From contig JAOAIL010000001.1 in the NCBI GenBank assembly GCA_026414725.1, positions 52,566 through 116,565 on the forward strand: a stretch of 64,000 nt of DNA. The letters are read 5' to 3'. Under the pieces are notes generated by a model. That model did not search any database. It was not told the origin of the DNA and was given only the letters and a program-made list of their open reading frames with translations. Every line of letters begins with the position of its first letter. The first letter of the stretch is position 1. The position numbers and the translations under genes are program-made. This document shows, piece by piece, positions 19,991-29,642 of the stretch. The DNA is from a bacterium. GTDB lineage: Bacteria; Ratteibacteria; UBA8468; B48-G9; JAFGKM01.

Positions 19991-20344
19991 GTGGATATGG
20001 AAAGGAAATATGAAGGGTGTTTTCTTTTAAGGGCTAATTTAGAGGATGATGTAAGGGAGAAAGAAATATCTTTTATAGAAGGACAGATATCATCTAACGG
20101 AGGGGAGATAGTTAAAAAAGAACTCTGGGGCAAAAAATATCTTGCCTATCCTATCAAAAAGGAGACAGAGGCATTTTATTACATCGTATATTTTAAAACA
20201 TCTCCAGGTTCCATTTCTTCAATATCAGAAGGGCTTAGAAGAAGAGAAAATATCATCCGTTATCTATTCCTTCAGAGGAAGAGATTCCCTGATATGGAAA
20301 AAGAACAAAAAGGGGAATATATAAATGCCAGGACCAACACTTAA
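19991..20344 (+). CDS. rpsF: 30S ribosomal protein S6
   Basis: YEGCFLLRANLEDD...KKELWGKKYLAYPI...AFYYIVYF is typical of S6. First gene of the rpsF-ssb-rpsR-rplI cluster. Confidence 0.85.
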   Translation: MDMERKYEGCFLLRANLEDDVREKEISFIEGQISSNGGEIVKKELWGKKYLAYPIKKETEAFYYIVYFKTSPGSISSISEGLRRRENIIRYLFLQRKRFPDMEKEQKGEYINARTNT

Positions 20345-20738
20345 TAAGGTTTTTCTTATTGGACGGTTAACGAGAGACCCTGAATTGAGATATACTACAT
20401 CAGGACAGGCAGTTGCATCTGTAAGGATGGCTGTAAATCGTGAATATGTATCAAAAGAAGAGGGAAAGAAAGAAGATACATGTTTTATAAATCTTGTTAT
20501 ATGGGGCAAAAGGGCTGAGGTATGGGCTGAATATCTAAAAAAAGGAAGTTTGATATTTGTTGAAGGACGTCTCCAGTACAGACAGTGGGAGACCCAGGAA
20601 AGTGAGAAAAGGTCTACAGTTGAGGTGATAGTGGAAGATTTCCAGTTTTTAGATAAACCACCTGCCGGGATAACAGAAGCAAAAGAAGAAGGTACTGAAA
20701 AGGAGGAAATAGAAGATGGCAGTGAAGAAAAAATCTAA
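20325..20738 (+). CDS. ssb: Single-stranded DNA-binding protein
   Basis: OB-fold N-terminus ([34 protein letters not shown]) and an acidic C-terminal tail. Confidence 0.9.
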   Translation: MPGPTLNKVFLIGRLTRDPELRYTTSGQAVASVRMAVNREYVSKEEGKKEDTCFINLVIWGKRAEVWAEYLKKGSLIFVEGRLQYRQWETQESEKRSTVEVIVEDFQFLDKPPAGITEAKEEGTEKEEIEDGSEEKI

Positions 20739-20934
20739 GGTATGCCAGTTCTGCAAAACAGGGACTAATGAGATTGACTATAAAGATACAGGTACTGTCA
20801 GAAGATATACCAGCCCGAGAGGGAAAATTTTACCTCCCAAGATTACAGGAGTATGTGCTAAACATCAGAGGGCTCTTGCGAGAGCAATAAAAAGGGCACG
20901 TTATGTAGGACTTTTACCTTTTGTAAAAGTTTGA
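20716..20934 (+). CDS. rpsR: 30S ribosomal protein S18
   Basis: [57 protein letters not shown]. Confidence 0.9.
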   Translation: MAVKKKSKVCQFCKTGTNEIDYKDTGTVRRYTSPRGKILPPKITGVCAKHQRALARAIKRARYVGLLPFVKV

Positions 20935-20943
20935 GATTTTGTT

Positions 20944-21393
20944 ATGAAAGTTATATTTATAAAAGACCTGCCTGATATAGGGAAGAAAGGTGAGATAAAA
21001 GATGTAAAGCCCGGATATGCAAGGAACTTCCTTATACCGAAAGGGATTGCCATAGAAGCAACTCCTGAAAATATCAGCCAGTTAGAAAAACAGGAACAAC
21101 AACTTGTTTCAAAAAAGAATAAAGCACTTTCAAGAGCAAAAGAGATAAAAAAGGTGTTACAGGAAGGTTCAATAACAATTGCAGCAAAAGCAGGACAGGA
21201 TGAGAAACTTTTCGGTGCTATCACCCCAGAAGATATAGCAGAATCTATTCTTAAGCAGAAAAATATTGAAATTGATAAACATCATATCTTGCTTGAACAA
21301 CCCATTAAAAAATTAGGGATATACAAAGTATCTGTAAGAACAGGAGAGAATATAACTGCAGAAGTTAAAGTATGGGTTGTCAGAGAGAAGTAA
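20944..21393 (+). CDS. rplI: 50S ribosomal protein L9
   Basis: [36 protein letters not shown] matches the L9 N-terminal domain. Confidence 0.9.
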   Translation: MKVIFIKDLPDIGKKGEIKDVKPGYARNFLIPKGIAIEATPENISQLEKQEQQLVSKKNKALSRAKEIKKVLQEGSITIAAKAGQDEKLFGAITPEDIAESILKQKNIEIDKHHILLEQPIKKLGIYKVSVRTGENITAEVKVWVVREK

Positions 21394-22747
21394 TATGCCT
21401 AAAAAGAATAACCAGCAGATAATTCTCAACGGTAAAGTACCTCCTCAAAGTATTGAGTCAGAAAGGGCAGCACTGGGTTGTATGCTGCTCAGTGAAGCAG
21501 CGAGAATGGAAGCATTTGAGGTACTTAAAGAGGAGTTTTTTTATAGTGAAGCACACCGGAAGATATTTTCTGCAATCCGTACACTCTTTGAGAAGAATGA
21601 AAAATGCGACCTCATCACTGTAACAAACCAGTTAACACAACAGGGAGTTATTGACGACATTGGTGGAGTTGAGTATCTCAGTGAAATAGTTGAACTTGTT
21701 CCAACAGCAGCCAATATTGATGAATATATAAATATAATACGAGATAAATATCTATTGAGAACTATTATTGAGAATGCAACTTCTATTATATCTGAAGCAT
21801 TCTCTGAACCAGAAGAAGTAGATTCTTTTCTTGATAAGGTAGAAGCAACGATATTTGATATCGGGGAGAAAAAAACAAGAAGGACTGTCTTTTCGCTTAA
21901 GGAACTGGTCAAGGAGAACATTGACCTTATAGAAAAAATACACGGAAGACAGGGATTTGTTACAGGTATTCCTACTGGATTTACAGACCTTGATAAGTTA
22001 ACGACTGGCTTTCATCCTTCTGAATTTATCATCATTGCTTCAAGACCTTCTATAGGGAAGACCGCTTTTGCCTGTAATATAGCACTAAATCTTAATGCAG
22101 GTACCACAAGATTTCCCATAATTATTTTTAGTTTAGAGATGAGTAATGAACAGATTGTTCAGAGGATGTTATGTTGTGAAGCAAAGATTGACCAGCAAAA
22201 ATTAAGACATGGGATGCTTTCTGATGAAGATATAGGAAGATTACTTCAGGCAGGAGGTCATTTAGAACAAACCCCTATATTTATAGATGACACCCCTTCT
22301 CTAACCACTTTTGAATTAAGAGCACGTGCGAGGCGGATGAAAGCAAGAGAGAATATTCAGTTAATCATAGTGGACTACCTACAACTTATGAGAGGTAATA
22401 AAAGAGCGGAGAACAGACAACAGGAAATAAGTGAAATATCTGCTTCACTGAAGGCACTTGCAAAGGAATTGAATGTACCTGTGGTTGCTTTATCTCAGCT
22501 AAATAGGTCACCGGAACAAAGAGGGGATAAACGACCTGAACTTTCAGACCTCAGAGAAAGTGGATCTCTTGAACAGGATGCAGACCTTGTTCTACTTCTA
22601 CACAGAGAAAGAGATAAGGAAAATAGAACCCTATCAAACCTTACAGAGGTAATAATAGCAAAGCAGAGGAATGGTCCTACTGCTACAATTTCTTTGACCT
22701 TCAGGGAAGGATTTACCAGATTTGAGAATTACAGTCCGAGAGAATAA
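21377..22747 (+). CDS. dnaB: Replicative DNA helicase DnaB
   Basis: N-terminal DnaB domain ([16 protein letters not shown]), Walker A ([14 protein letters not shown]), and RecA-like motifs ([19 protein letters not shown]). Confidence 0.9.
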   Translation: MSERSNMPKKNNQQIILNGKVPPQSIESERAALGCMLLSEAARMEAFEVLKEEFFYSEAHRKIFSAIRTLFEKNEKCDLITVTNQLTQQGVIDDIGGVEYLSEIVELVPTAANIDEYINIIRDKYLLRTIIENATSIISEAFSEPEEVDSFLDKVEATIFDIGEKKTRRTVFSLKELVKENIDLIEKIHGRQGFVTGIPTGFTDLDKLTTGFHPSEFIIIASRPSIGKTAFACNIALNLNAGTTRFPIIIFSLEMSNEQIVQRMLCCEAKIDQQKLRHGMLSDEDIGRLLQAGGHLEQTPIFIDDTPSLTTFELRARARRMKARENIQLIIVDYLQLMRGNKRAENRQQEISEISASLKALAKELNVPVVALSQLNRSPEQRGDKRPELSDLRESGSLEQDADLVLLLHRERDKENRTLSNLTEVIIAKQRNGPTATISLTFREGFTRFENYSPRE

Positions 22748-22749
22748 CA

Positions 22750-23523
22750 ATGTTAACACTGGTAAAGAAGGCAGGATATGCTGTTTTAGGTTATATCTCC
22801 TATTTCGGTTCTCTTACAATACTAACTTTTGATGCTATAAGAAAAATGTTTTCTGCAAAGAAGAGTGAAAACATATTCAAGCATATAGACAGCATAGGTA
22901 TCAATTCCTTACCCCTCGTTGCCATTATATCTATTTTTACAGGTATGGTACTTGTAATGGAGACCGCATATACACTTAAAAGATTTGGAGCAGAGATTTA
23001 CTCAGGGGGAATTGTTTCTATATCAATGATAAGAGAACTTGGTCCTGTATTTGTTGCAATTATTATGGCAGGCAGGGTTGGTGGAGCCATAGCAGCAGAG
23101 ATAGGGACGATGAAAATTACAGAACAGATAGATGCTATGGAAATTCTTGCAATAGACCCTGTATCTTACCTTGTCAGTCCACGACTTCTCGCTGGGATTA
23201 TTTCACTCCCTTCTCTTTTCCTTATAAGTTTCTTTCTTGCAATAGCAGGAGCAGCAATTATAGGGATATTAATTGTTAATATCCCTTCTGGAATGTTTTT
23301 TTATCAGACATTCAGATTTATTGGAATAAGAGACCTTATGGTCGGACTTATAAAGTCCATTGTATTTGCTTTTGTTGTAATAGGAGTGGCTTCTCATGAG
23401 GGTTTAAGGGCAGGTGGAGGAGCAGTAGGGGTTGGAAAAGCAGCAACCATATCTGTGGTTATCTCTTTTTTCCTTATCATACTCTGGAATCTGATATTAA
23501 CTGGATTCTTCTATTTCATATGA
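22750..23523 (+). CDS. mlaE: MlaE-family ABC transporter permease (phospholipid/lipid transport)
   Basis: 257 aa polytopic permease of the MlaE/YrbE type, followed by an ATPase and an MCE protein. Confidence 0.8.
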   Translation: MLTLVKKAGYAVLGYISYFGSLTILTFDAIRKMFSAKKSENIFKHIDSIGINSLPLVAIISIFTGMVLVMETAYTLKRFGAEIYSGGIVSISMIRELGPVFVAIIMAGRVGGAIAAEIGTMKITEQIDAMEILAIDPVSYLVSPRLLAGIISLPSLFLISFFLAIAGAAIIGILIVNIPSGMFFYQTFRFIGIRDLMVGLIKSIVFAFVVIGVASHEGLRAGGGAVGVGKAATISVVISFFLIILWNLILTGFFYFI

Positions 23524-23541
23524 TATCTGGATGAACTTTTT

Positions 23542-24294
23542 ATGGAAAATATTATAAGTTTAAAGAATGTAAGGGTAAGATTGAACAGTTCAGATGTTCT
23601 TAAAGGACTTAATCTTGATGTAAAACAGGGGGAGTCCCTCGTAATAGTAGGTAGTTCTGGATGTGGAAAGACAGTCCTCTTAAAAACCATACTCGGACTT
23701 ATCCCTGTAATAGAAGGAGACATATACCTTTTCGGCGAAAAATTAAATGGAGCAACAAAAAGCAAAATAATGGATTTGAGAAGGAGGGTAGGTATGGTCT
23801 TTCAAAGTTCTGCTCTCTTTGATTCTCTTACAGTATGGGAAAATGTCGGATTTTATTATCTCAATCATACCGATATGAAAGAACAGGATGTACGGACACT
23901 TGCAGTAGATATTTTAAAAGAGGTAGAGATGGATGACTTCAGTGACTTTTTACCAGAGCAATTAAGCGGTGGGATGAAAAAAAGGGTATCTATTGCACGA
24001 GCACTTATCTCAAAACCAGAGATAGTTTTTTATGATGAGCCCACAACAGGGCTTGACCCTATCATGGCAGAAAGTATAACAAAACTTATAATGGATATGC
24101 ATAAAAAGTTTAAGACAACAAATATAACAGTCACCCATGATATAAAACTTGCATATCTAATATCCGACAGGATTGCTCTGATTAATAACGGCACCATAGA
24201 GGAGATAGGGACATTTGAAGAGTTAAAATATAAAAGTAAGAATCCACTTATAAGGAGTTTTTTAGTTATGGAGGTTAATAATGAAAAGAGATAA
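23542..24294 (+). CDS. mlaF: MlaF-family ABC transporter ATP-binding protein
   Basis: Walker A (GSSGCGKT), ABC signature (LSGGMKKRVSIARAL), Walker B (IVFYDEPTTGLD). Confidence 0.85.
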   Translation: MENIISLKNVRVRLNSSDVLKGLNLDVKQGESLVIVGSSGCGKTVLLKTILGLIPVIEGDIYLFGEKLNGATKSKIMDLRRRVGMVFQSSALFDSLTVWENVGFYYLNHTDMKEQDVRTLAVDILKEVEMDDFSDFLPEQLSGGMKKRVSIARALISKPEIVFYDEPTTGLDPIMAESITKLIMDMHKKFKTTNITVTHDIKLAYLISDRIALINNGTIEEIGTFEELKYKSKNPLIRSFLVMEVNNEKR

Positions 24295-25366
24295 ACTTTC
24301 TCTTGAACTACGTGTAGGGATATTTGTTGTTATTACAATACTTTTAGCAGGTATATTTATTGTAACACAGGCAACCACAGCAAAATACAGGGGATATGAA
24401 ATAGGAATAATGTTTGACTATGTTGGAGGTCTTGAAAGTGGTTCTCCTGTCAGGGTAAGTGGTGTGAGGGTAGGAGAAGTAAAACAGATAGAAATCCTTT
24501 ATGAAGCACAGCCAAAGGTTCTAGCGAAAGTAAAAATCAGGTCGGATATAAAAATCAGTACCGGTAGTAAAATTACCATCCAGACGCTCGGGCTTATTGG
24601 AGAAAAATATATTGAAATAACCCCTTCCGCTGAGAAGAAATATATCCAGCCGGGTGAAATAGTAGAAGGGGAAAATCCTCTTACTATGGAAAAACTTATA
24701 GAGGCAGGACAGAATATGATTATAGGACTCAACGGTATTCTTACAGATATAGATAGTATAACCGGAGATGAAACATTCAGAAATAATATAAAATCAGTTG
24801 TTGCTGACGCATCATCTACGATTAAAAAAGTGGATATCCTTATGACAAACCTTACTGAGACAAGTGAGAAAGTAAACAGAATTGTAACTGCCAATGCTTC
24901 TAAAATAGAAGAGTTAATAAACAATACAAACGAGTTTATGGCTTCAGGTAAGACAACAATGGATGAAATTAAAAAATTCGCATCAGCAGGACAACAGGCA
25001 GCAGAATCATTTGAAGATATACAAAAAGCCGCTACTTCATTTGACAAACTATCCAGAGATTTACAGGAATTCTTGTGGAAAATCCAAAATGAAGGAGCAT
25101 TTGCCCGTCTGATGAAAGAAGAAGAGATTGTTGACCAGTTAAAGTATGAACTACAACTTTTATCCGATGCGACATTGAGGTTTACAGAAGCATCTGGCAG
25201 AATAAGTGAAGCAACTATTAGTCTTAATAATATCATCTCAGATGTAGAAAAAGGTAAAGGGACAGCAGGAAAATTATTACGGGATGAAGAATTGTATAAT
25301 AATCTGAATGATTTTGTAAAGGACATAAAGGCACATCCCTGGAAACTCTTTATAAGAAGAAAATAA
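24281..25366 (+). CDS. mlaD: MCE-domain protein MlaD with extended C-terminal coiled-coil region
   Basis: N-terminal TM anchor plus an MCE domain (YEIGIMFDYVGGLESGSPVRVSGVRVGEVKQIE), followed by a ~200-aa helical region. Confidence 0.75.
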   Translation: MKRDKLSLELRVGIFVVITILLAGIFIVTQATTAKYRGYEIGIMFDYVGGLESGSPVRVSGVRVGEVKQIEILYEAQPKVLAKVKIRSDIKISTGSKITIQTLGLIGEKYIEITPSAEKKYIQPGEIVEGENPLTMEKLIEAGQNMIIGLNGILTDIDSITGDETFRNNIKSVVADASSTIKKVDILMTNLTETSEKVNRIVTANASKIEELINNTNEFMASGKTTMDEIKKFASAGQQAAESFEDIQKAATSFDKLSRDLQEFLWKIQNEGAFARLMKEEEIVDQLKYELQLLSDATLRFTEASGRISEATISLNNIISDVEKGKGTAGKLLRDEELYNNLNDFVKDIKAHPWKLFIRRK

Positions 25367-26721
25367 TGAAAAAAGAAACAAAAGTTATCTTTTCATGTTC
25401 AGAATGTGGATACCAGTCAGTAAGATGGCTGGGGAGATGTCCTGATTGTGGCGGATGGAATACATTTATAGAAGAAACCCTGAGGAAGAAAAAAACAGGT
25501 ATTATTTCCACAACTTCTTCTCCTGAGAAAATAACAGAGATAAAGTCCGAATATTTTTCAAGAACACAAACAGGCATAAAAGAGTTTGACAGAGTAACAG
25601 GAGGCGGTATTGTATCTGGTAGTTTAATCCTTTTAGCAGGAGAGCCCGGTGTCGGCAAGTCCACTCTGCTTCTGAGTATTGCAGGCAGAATTGCATCCAC
25701 AGGGAAAAAAGTTCTATATATAAGTGCAGAAGAGTCCAAAAACCAGGTAAAGATGCGGGCAGAACGACTGGGAACATTATCGGAAAATCTATATCTCCTT
25801 TCTACAACAGAGATGCCATCAATAAAACACAGTATAGACCTTTTAAACCCTGATTTCATTATAGTGGACTCCGTACAGACCGTCTTTGACCCGGAAATTC
25901 CTGCAATCCCCGGTTCTGTAAGTCAGGTTAGAGAAATTACATCATTTTTCCTCAGCCGTGCGAAAGAAAGTAGTTGTTCCATTTTTCTTGTGGGACATAT
26001 TACAAAGGAAGGAATAATAGCAGGGCCAAAGGTCCTTGAACATATAGTAGATGTTGTCTTAAGTTTTGAAGGAGAGATAAAATCAAACTTAAGGATTTTA
26101 AGAGCAACAAAAAACAGGTTCGGTTCCACTATGGAAATAGGTGTCTTTTCTATGGAAGAAACAGGACTTACAGAGATACCTGAAGCATCTGCTATCTTTC
26201 TTCCTGATTCTAAAAAAACACTTCCTGGTGCTGTTATCTTTCCCTCACAGGAAGGCTCCAGAACAATACTTGTTGAGATACAGTGTCTGGTTACACCCTC
26301 TTATTATGGAGTTCCAAAAAGGTCTGTTACAGGGCTGGACTATAACAGGATATCTATGATTACAGCAGTTATTGAGAAAAAGTTGAAGTTCAATCTCGGT
26401 ACCTATGATGTATTTTTTAACACAGGTGGCGGACTTAAAGTTACAGAACCAGCGGTTGACCTTGCTGTTGCATTATCCTGTATATCGTCTATAAAAGATA
26501 CGCCCCCAATGGAAAAGTGTGTGGTGATAGGAGAAATTGCACTTACAGGAGAGATAAGACCTGTAGGGCAGATATATAACAGGTTAAGAGAAGCATTACG
26601 TTTAGGATACAGCAAAGCAATAATACCAGAAGGGAATTTAAAAGATACAAAGGATATATCCCTCCAGATATATTCTGTAATGTGGCTGAAAGATGCAGTT
26701 CAGATATTCCTTTCTCTATAA
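25366..26721 (+). CDS. radA: DNA repair protein RadA (Sms)
   Basis: Zinc finger (CSECGYQSVRWLGRCPDCGGWNTF), Walker A (GEPGVGKSTLLL), KNRFG motif, and a Lon-like C-terminal domain. Confidence 0.9.
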   Translation: MKKETKVIFSCSECGYQSVRWLGRCPDCGGWNTFIEETLRKKKTGIISTTSSPEKITEIKSEYFSRTQTGIKEFDRVTGGGIVSGSLILLAGEPGVGKSTLLLSIAGRIASTGKKVLYISAEESKNQVKMRAERLGTLSENLYLLSTTEMPSIKHSIDLLNPDFIIVDSVQTVFDPEIPAIPGSVSQVREITSFFLSRAKESSCSIFLVGHITKEGIIAGPKVLEHIVDVVLSFEGEIKSNLRILRATKNRFGSTMEIGVFSMEETGLTEIPEASAIFLPDSKKTLPGAVIFPSQEGSRTILVEIQCLVTPSYYGVPKRSVTGLDYNRISMITAVIEKKLKFNLGTYDVFFNTGGGLKVTEPAVDLAVALSCISSIKDTPPMEKCVVIGEIALTGEIRPVGQIYNRLREALRLGYSKAIIPEGNLKDTKDISLQIYSVMWLKDAVQIFLSL

Positions 26722-26827
26722 AATTTAAATTATGTAAAAAGTATTTACCTTTTTCTCCTTCTGATATAAAATAATAGAGATAACTTAACCTGTAGTTTTT
26801 ACTTTATGACTTTGAAAGGAGAAAAAA

Positions 26828-27796
26828 ATGGGTGTATATATTATCCGTGGATTTTTCATACTATTGAGTACACTGACAGGATATTACATTATTCCTAATG
26901 CAAGACTTGTAGGATCCCTTACAGGATTTTTAGGTTCTCTTTTTATTGTAGTTATTGAGATATTTATTGAGAAGATCCCTCTAAAAAAACTTTTACTTGC
27001 AATAGGTGGTTTAGTTTTTGGTCTTATAACAGCCATACTACTGGCAGGTTTTTTTCTCCTTATCCCTGTTGAAGACCCAAAAACAATCATATATATAAGA
27101 TTTGCTCTCTATTTTGCTTTTACTTATCTCGGTATAATGATAGGACTTAAAGGAGTTGAAGAATTAGGTTTTATTTTCCCTTTTTTGAGAGGGGTTAAAG
27201 AACAGGAACGTCTTTTAGTGGTTGATACAAGCGTTCTTATTGATGGCCGTATATACGAACTTGCCAAGGGTGGATTCCTTGACTATATCATAATAATTCC
27301 TAAGTTTGTAGTAGAAGAACTTCAGGGACTTGCAGATAGTTCAAGTGATATGAAGAGACAACGTGGAAAGAGAGGACTTGAGGTACTACAAAAACTCAGA
27401 AAGGATGAACAGTTAGATGTGAAGATATATGATGCTGAATACTCGGATATTGAAGCGGTTGATGCAAAGATTGTGAAACTTGCAACAGATGTAGGCGCTA
27501 AAATACTTACCAATGATTCTAATCTTGCAAAGATAGCAGAGGTTCAAAATATAGAAGTACTCAATCTTAATATGCTTGCAACACTTATGAGGCCTAAACT
27601 TATGAGTGGTGAAGAGATACCCCTTAAAATAATAAAAGAAGGAAAAGAAGCCGGACAGGGTGTTGGATACTTAGAAGATGGAACAATGGTAGTTGTTGAA
27701 GATGGAGTAAGGTTTTTAGGCAGAACTATAGATGTAATTATTGACAGTGCTATACAGACATCTACAGGAAGGATTATCTTTGCCAAATTAAAATGA
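26828..27796 (+). CDS. YacL-like membrane protein with PIN and TRAM domains
   Basis: Four N-terminal TM helices, a PIN-like core (LVVDTSVLIDGRIYEL...IIIPKFVVEELQGL) and a C-terminal TRAM-like beta domain (GVGYLEDGTMVVVEDG...GRIIFAKL). Position between radA and ispD matches B. subtilis yacL. Confidence 0.7.
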   Translation: MGVYIIRGFFILLSTLTGYYIIPNARLVGSLTGFLGSLFIVVIEIFIEKIPLKKLLLAIGGLVFGLITAILLAGFFLLIPVEDPKTIIYIRFALYFAFTYLGIMIGLKGVEELGFIFPFLRGVKEQERLLVVDTSVLIDGRIYELAKGGFLDYIIIIPKFVVEELQGLADSSSDMKRQRGKRGLEVLQKLRKDEQLDVKIYDAEYSDIEAVDAKIVKLATDVGAKILTNDSNLAKIAEVQNIEVLNLNMLATLMRPKLMSGEEIPLKIIKEGKEAGQGVGYLEDGTMVVVEDGVRFLGRTIDVIIDSAIQTSTGRIIFAKLK

Positions 27797-28476
27797 TATC
27801 CGTTATAATCGCTGGAGGAGGAAAAGGTAATCGGCTTGGAGGTATCCCGAAGGCATTTTTGAAAATTGGGCAGAAACAACTTCTTTATTATTCCATTGAA
27901 AAATTTTATGAAAAAGTATGTGAAATTGTATTAGTCCTTCCTTATGGATATGTTGAAAAGTGGAACAGAAAATTAAAAAATATCTATAAAAATATAGAAG
28001 TTATCTCCGGGGGGGAACACAGGCAGGACTCTGTTAATGAAGGAATAAAAGCACTTAAAAAAAAAGATGGGATTATAATAATACATGATGTGGCCAGGCC
28101 ATTTTTCTCTGATAATCTTCTTAACCGATTGATAAAAAGCGCTAAAAAATATGGCGCAGCAGTACCTTATATAGAGACACAGGATACCTTAAAGGAAAGG
28201 GATGGAACTTTTGTTAAACACACCCTTGACAGAGAAAACATCGTATCCATTCAGACACCTCAGGTATTTAAAGCAGAAATTATCATAAATGCCTATAAAG
28301 AAGCATATAAAGAGCATTTTTATGCAACTGATGATGCAACACTTGTTGAGCGATCAGGAGTGAAGGTATATCTTGTAAAAGGGGAGAGAGAAAACATAAA
28401 GATAACTTATCCAATAGATATTAATATAGCAAAGGAGATACTGAAAAATGGGAAAAGGAGGAATAGCATACCCTGA
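27793..28476 (+). CDS. ispD: 2-C-methyl-D-erythritol 4-phosphate cytidylyltransferase
   Basis: IIAGGGKGNRLG, then VHDVARPF. Length and synteny are consistent. Confidence 0.85.
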   Translation: MISVIIAGGGKGNRLGGIPKAFLKIGQKQLLYYSIEKFYEKVCEIVLVLPYGYVEKWNRKLKNIYKNIEVISGGEHRQDSVNEGIKALKKKDGIIIIHDVARPFFSDNLLNRLIKSAKKYGAAVPYIETQDTLKERDGTFVKHTLDRENIVSIQTPQVFKAEIIINAYKEAYKEHFYATDDATLVERSGVKVYLVKGERENIKITYPIDINIAKEILKNGKRRNSIP

Positions 28477-29638
28477 TGGTTTTTCTGCATCTGCTGTCTA
28501 TTGTGGAATAAAAGATGAGAGGAAAGAAGACCTATCCCTTATATTCTCAGAATCCCCCTGTATAGCAGCAGGTACATTCACTACAAATCAGTTCAAATCA
28601 TACAGTTTGCTCTGGACACTAAAACATATAAAAAATCCAGTCCATGCTGTGCTTGTAAACAGTGGTAATGCCAATACCTGTAATGGAGAGGAAAATTATA
28701 AACATACAGAACTTATAGTACATAAAATAGCAGACCTTCTAAAAATAAAACCACATTCAGTTCTTACAGGTTCAACAGGTACCATCGGAAAACCCCTGCC
28801 CTATGAAAAAATTATCTCTGCGCTTCCAGAACTTGTAAAGACCTTAAGTCCTGAAAACCATACACTTGCTGCAAGAGGAATAATGACTACAGATAAGATT
28901 ACAAAGGAATTTCAGATTGACACAGGGATTAAAGGAAAGTATAAAAATGTCTATATAGGAGGTATGGCTAAAGGTGCAGGAATGATAAACCCATGTATGG
29001 CAACAATGCTCTCTTTTATTACTACAGATGCTGTAATTGAAAGAAATGTATTACAAAATGTTATAAAAGAAGCAGTTGAAGAATCATTCAATATGGTTAA
29101 TGTGGATAATGATACAAGTACCAATGATATGGTTATATGTCTTGCCAATGGAAAGGCAAAAAATAAAAGAATTGAAAGTGGTTCAGATGAGTATAAGAAA
29201 TTTTTATCATCGCTTAAAATACTATGTACAGAACTTGCAAAGATGATTGCTTCTGATGGAGAAGGGGCAACGAAACTTATAGAAGTGGTAGTTAAAGGTG
29301 GCTGGTGTCTAAAAGATGCAAGAAGGGTAGCGAAAAGGATTGCAGGTTCAAATCTGTTTAAATCCGCTGTTTATGGTGCTTATCCAAACTGGGGAAGGAT
29401 TCTCGCTGCTGCTGGTTCTGTAAATGCAAAGATGGATATAAAAAAGGCAGAGGTATCTATATGTGGAGTTAAGGTCTACAACGGAAATCCTGTGAAATAT
29501 GATGAAGAGAATCTTCATAGATTAATGGAACATTCAGATAAGATAAATGTTGAGGTAGATATTAAAAAAGGGCTGTTTTCTGCTACTGCGTGGGGATGTG
29601 ACCTTACAGAGGACTATGTAAAGATAAATAAGGAGTAA
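28448..29638 (+). CDS. argJ: Bifunctional glutamate N-acetyltransferase / amino-acid acetyltransferase ArgJ
   Basis: ArgJ family with the autoproteolytic ATML site (NPCMATMLSFITTD). Confidence 0.9.
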   Translation: MGKGGIAYPDGFSASAVYCGIKDERKEDLSLIFSESPCIAAGTFTTNQFKSYSLLWTLKHIKNPVHAVLVNSGNANTCNGEENYKHTELIVHKIADLLKIKPHSVLTGSTGTIGKPLPYEKIISALPELVKTLSPENHTLAARGIMTTDKITKEFQIDTGIKGKYKNVYIGGMAKGAGMINPCMATMLSFITTDAVIERNVLQNVIKEAVEESFNMVNVDNDTSTNDMVICLANGKAKNKRIESGSDEYKKFLSSLKILCTELAKMIASDGEGATKLIEVVVKGGWCLKDARRVAKRIAGSNLFKSAVYGAYPNWGRILAAAGSVNAKMDIKKAEVSICGVKVYNGNPVKYDEENLHRLMEHSDKINVEVDIKKGLFSATAWGCDLTEDYVKINKE

Positions 29639-29642
29639 ACAA

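Noticed and set aside
24499-25326. 275-aa minus-strand ORF entirely inside mlaD
   Set aside because: Antisense to a well-supported MCE/MlaD gene. Its translation is Ser/Ile-rich low complexity with no recognisable motif. It is the typical spurious long antisense ORF of AT-rich DNA.
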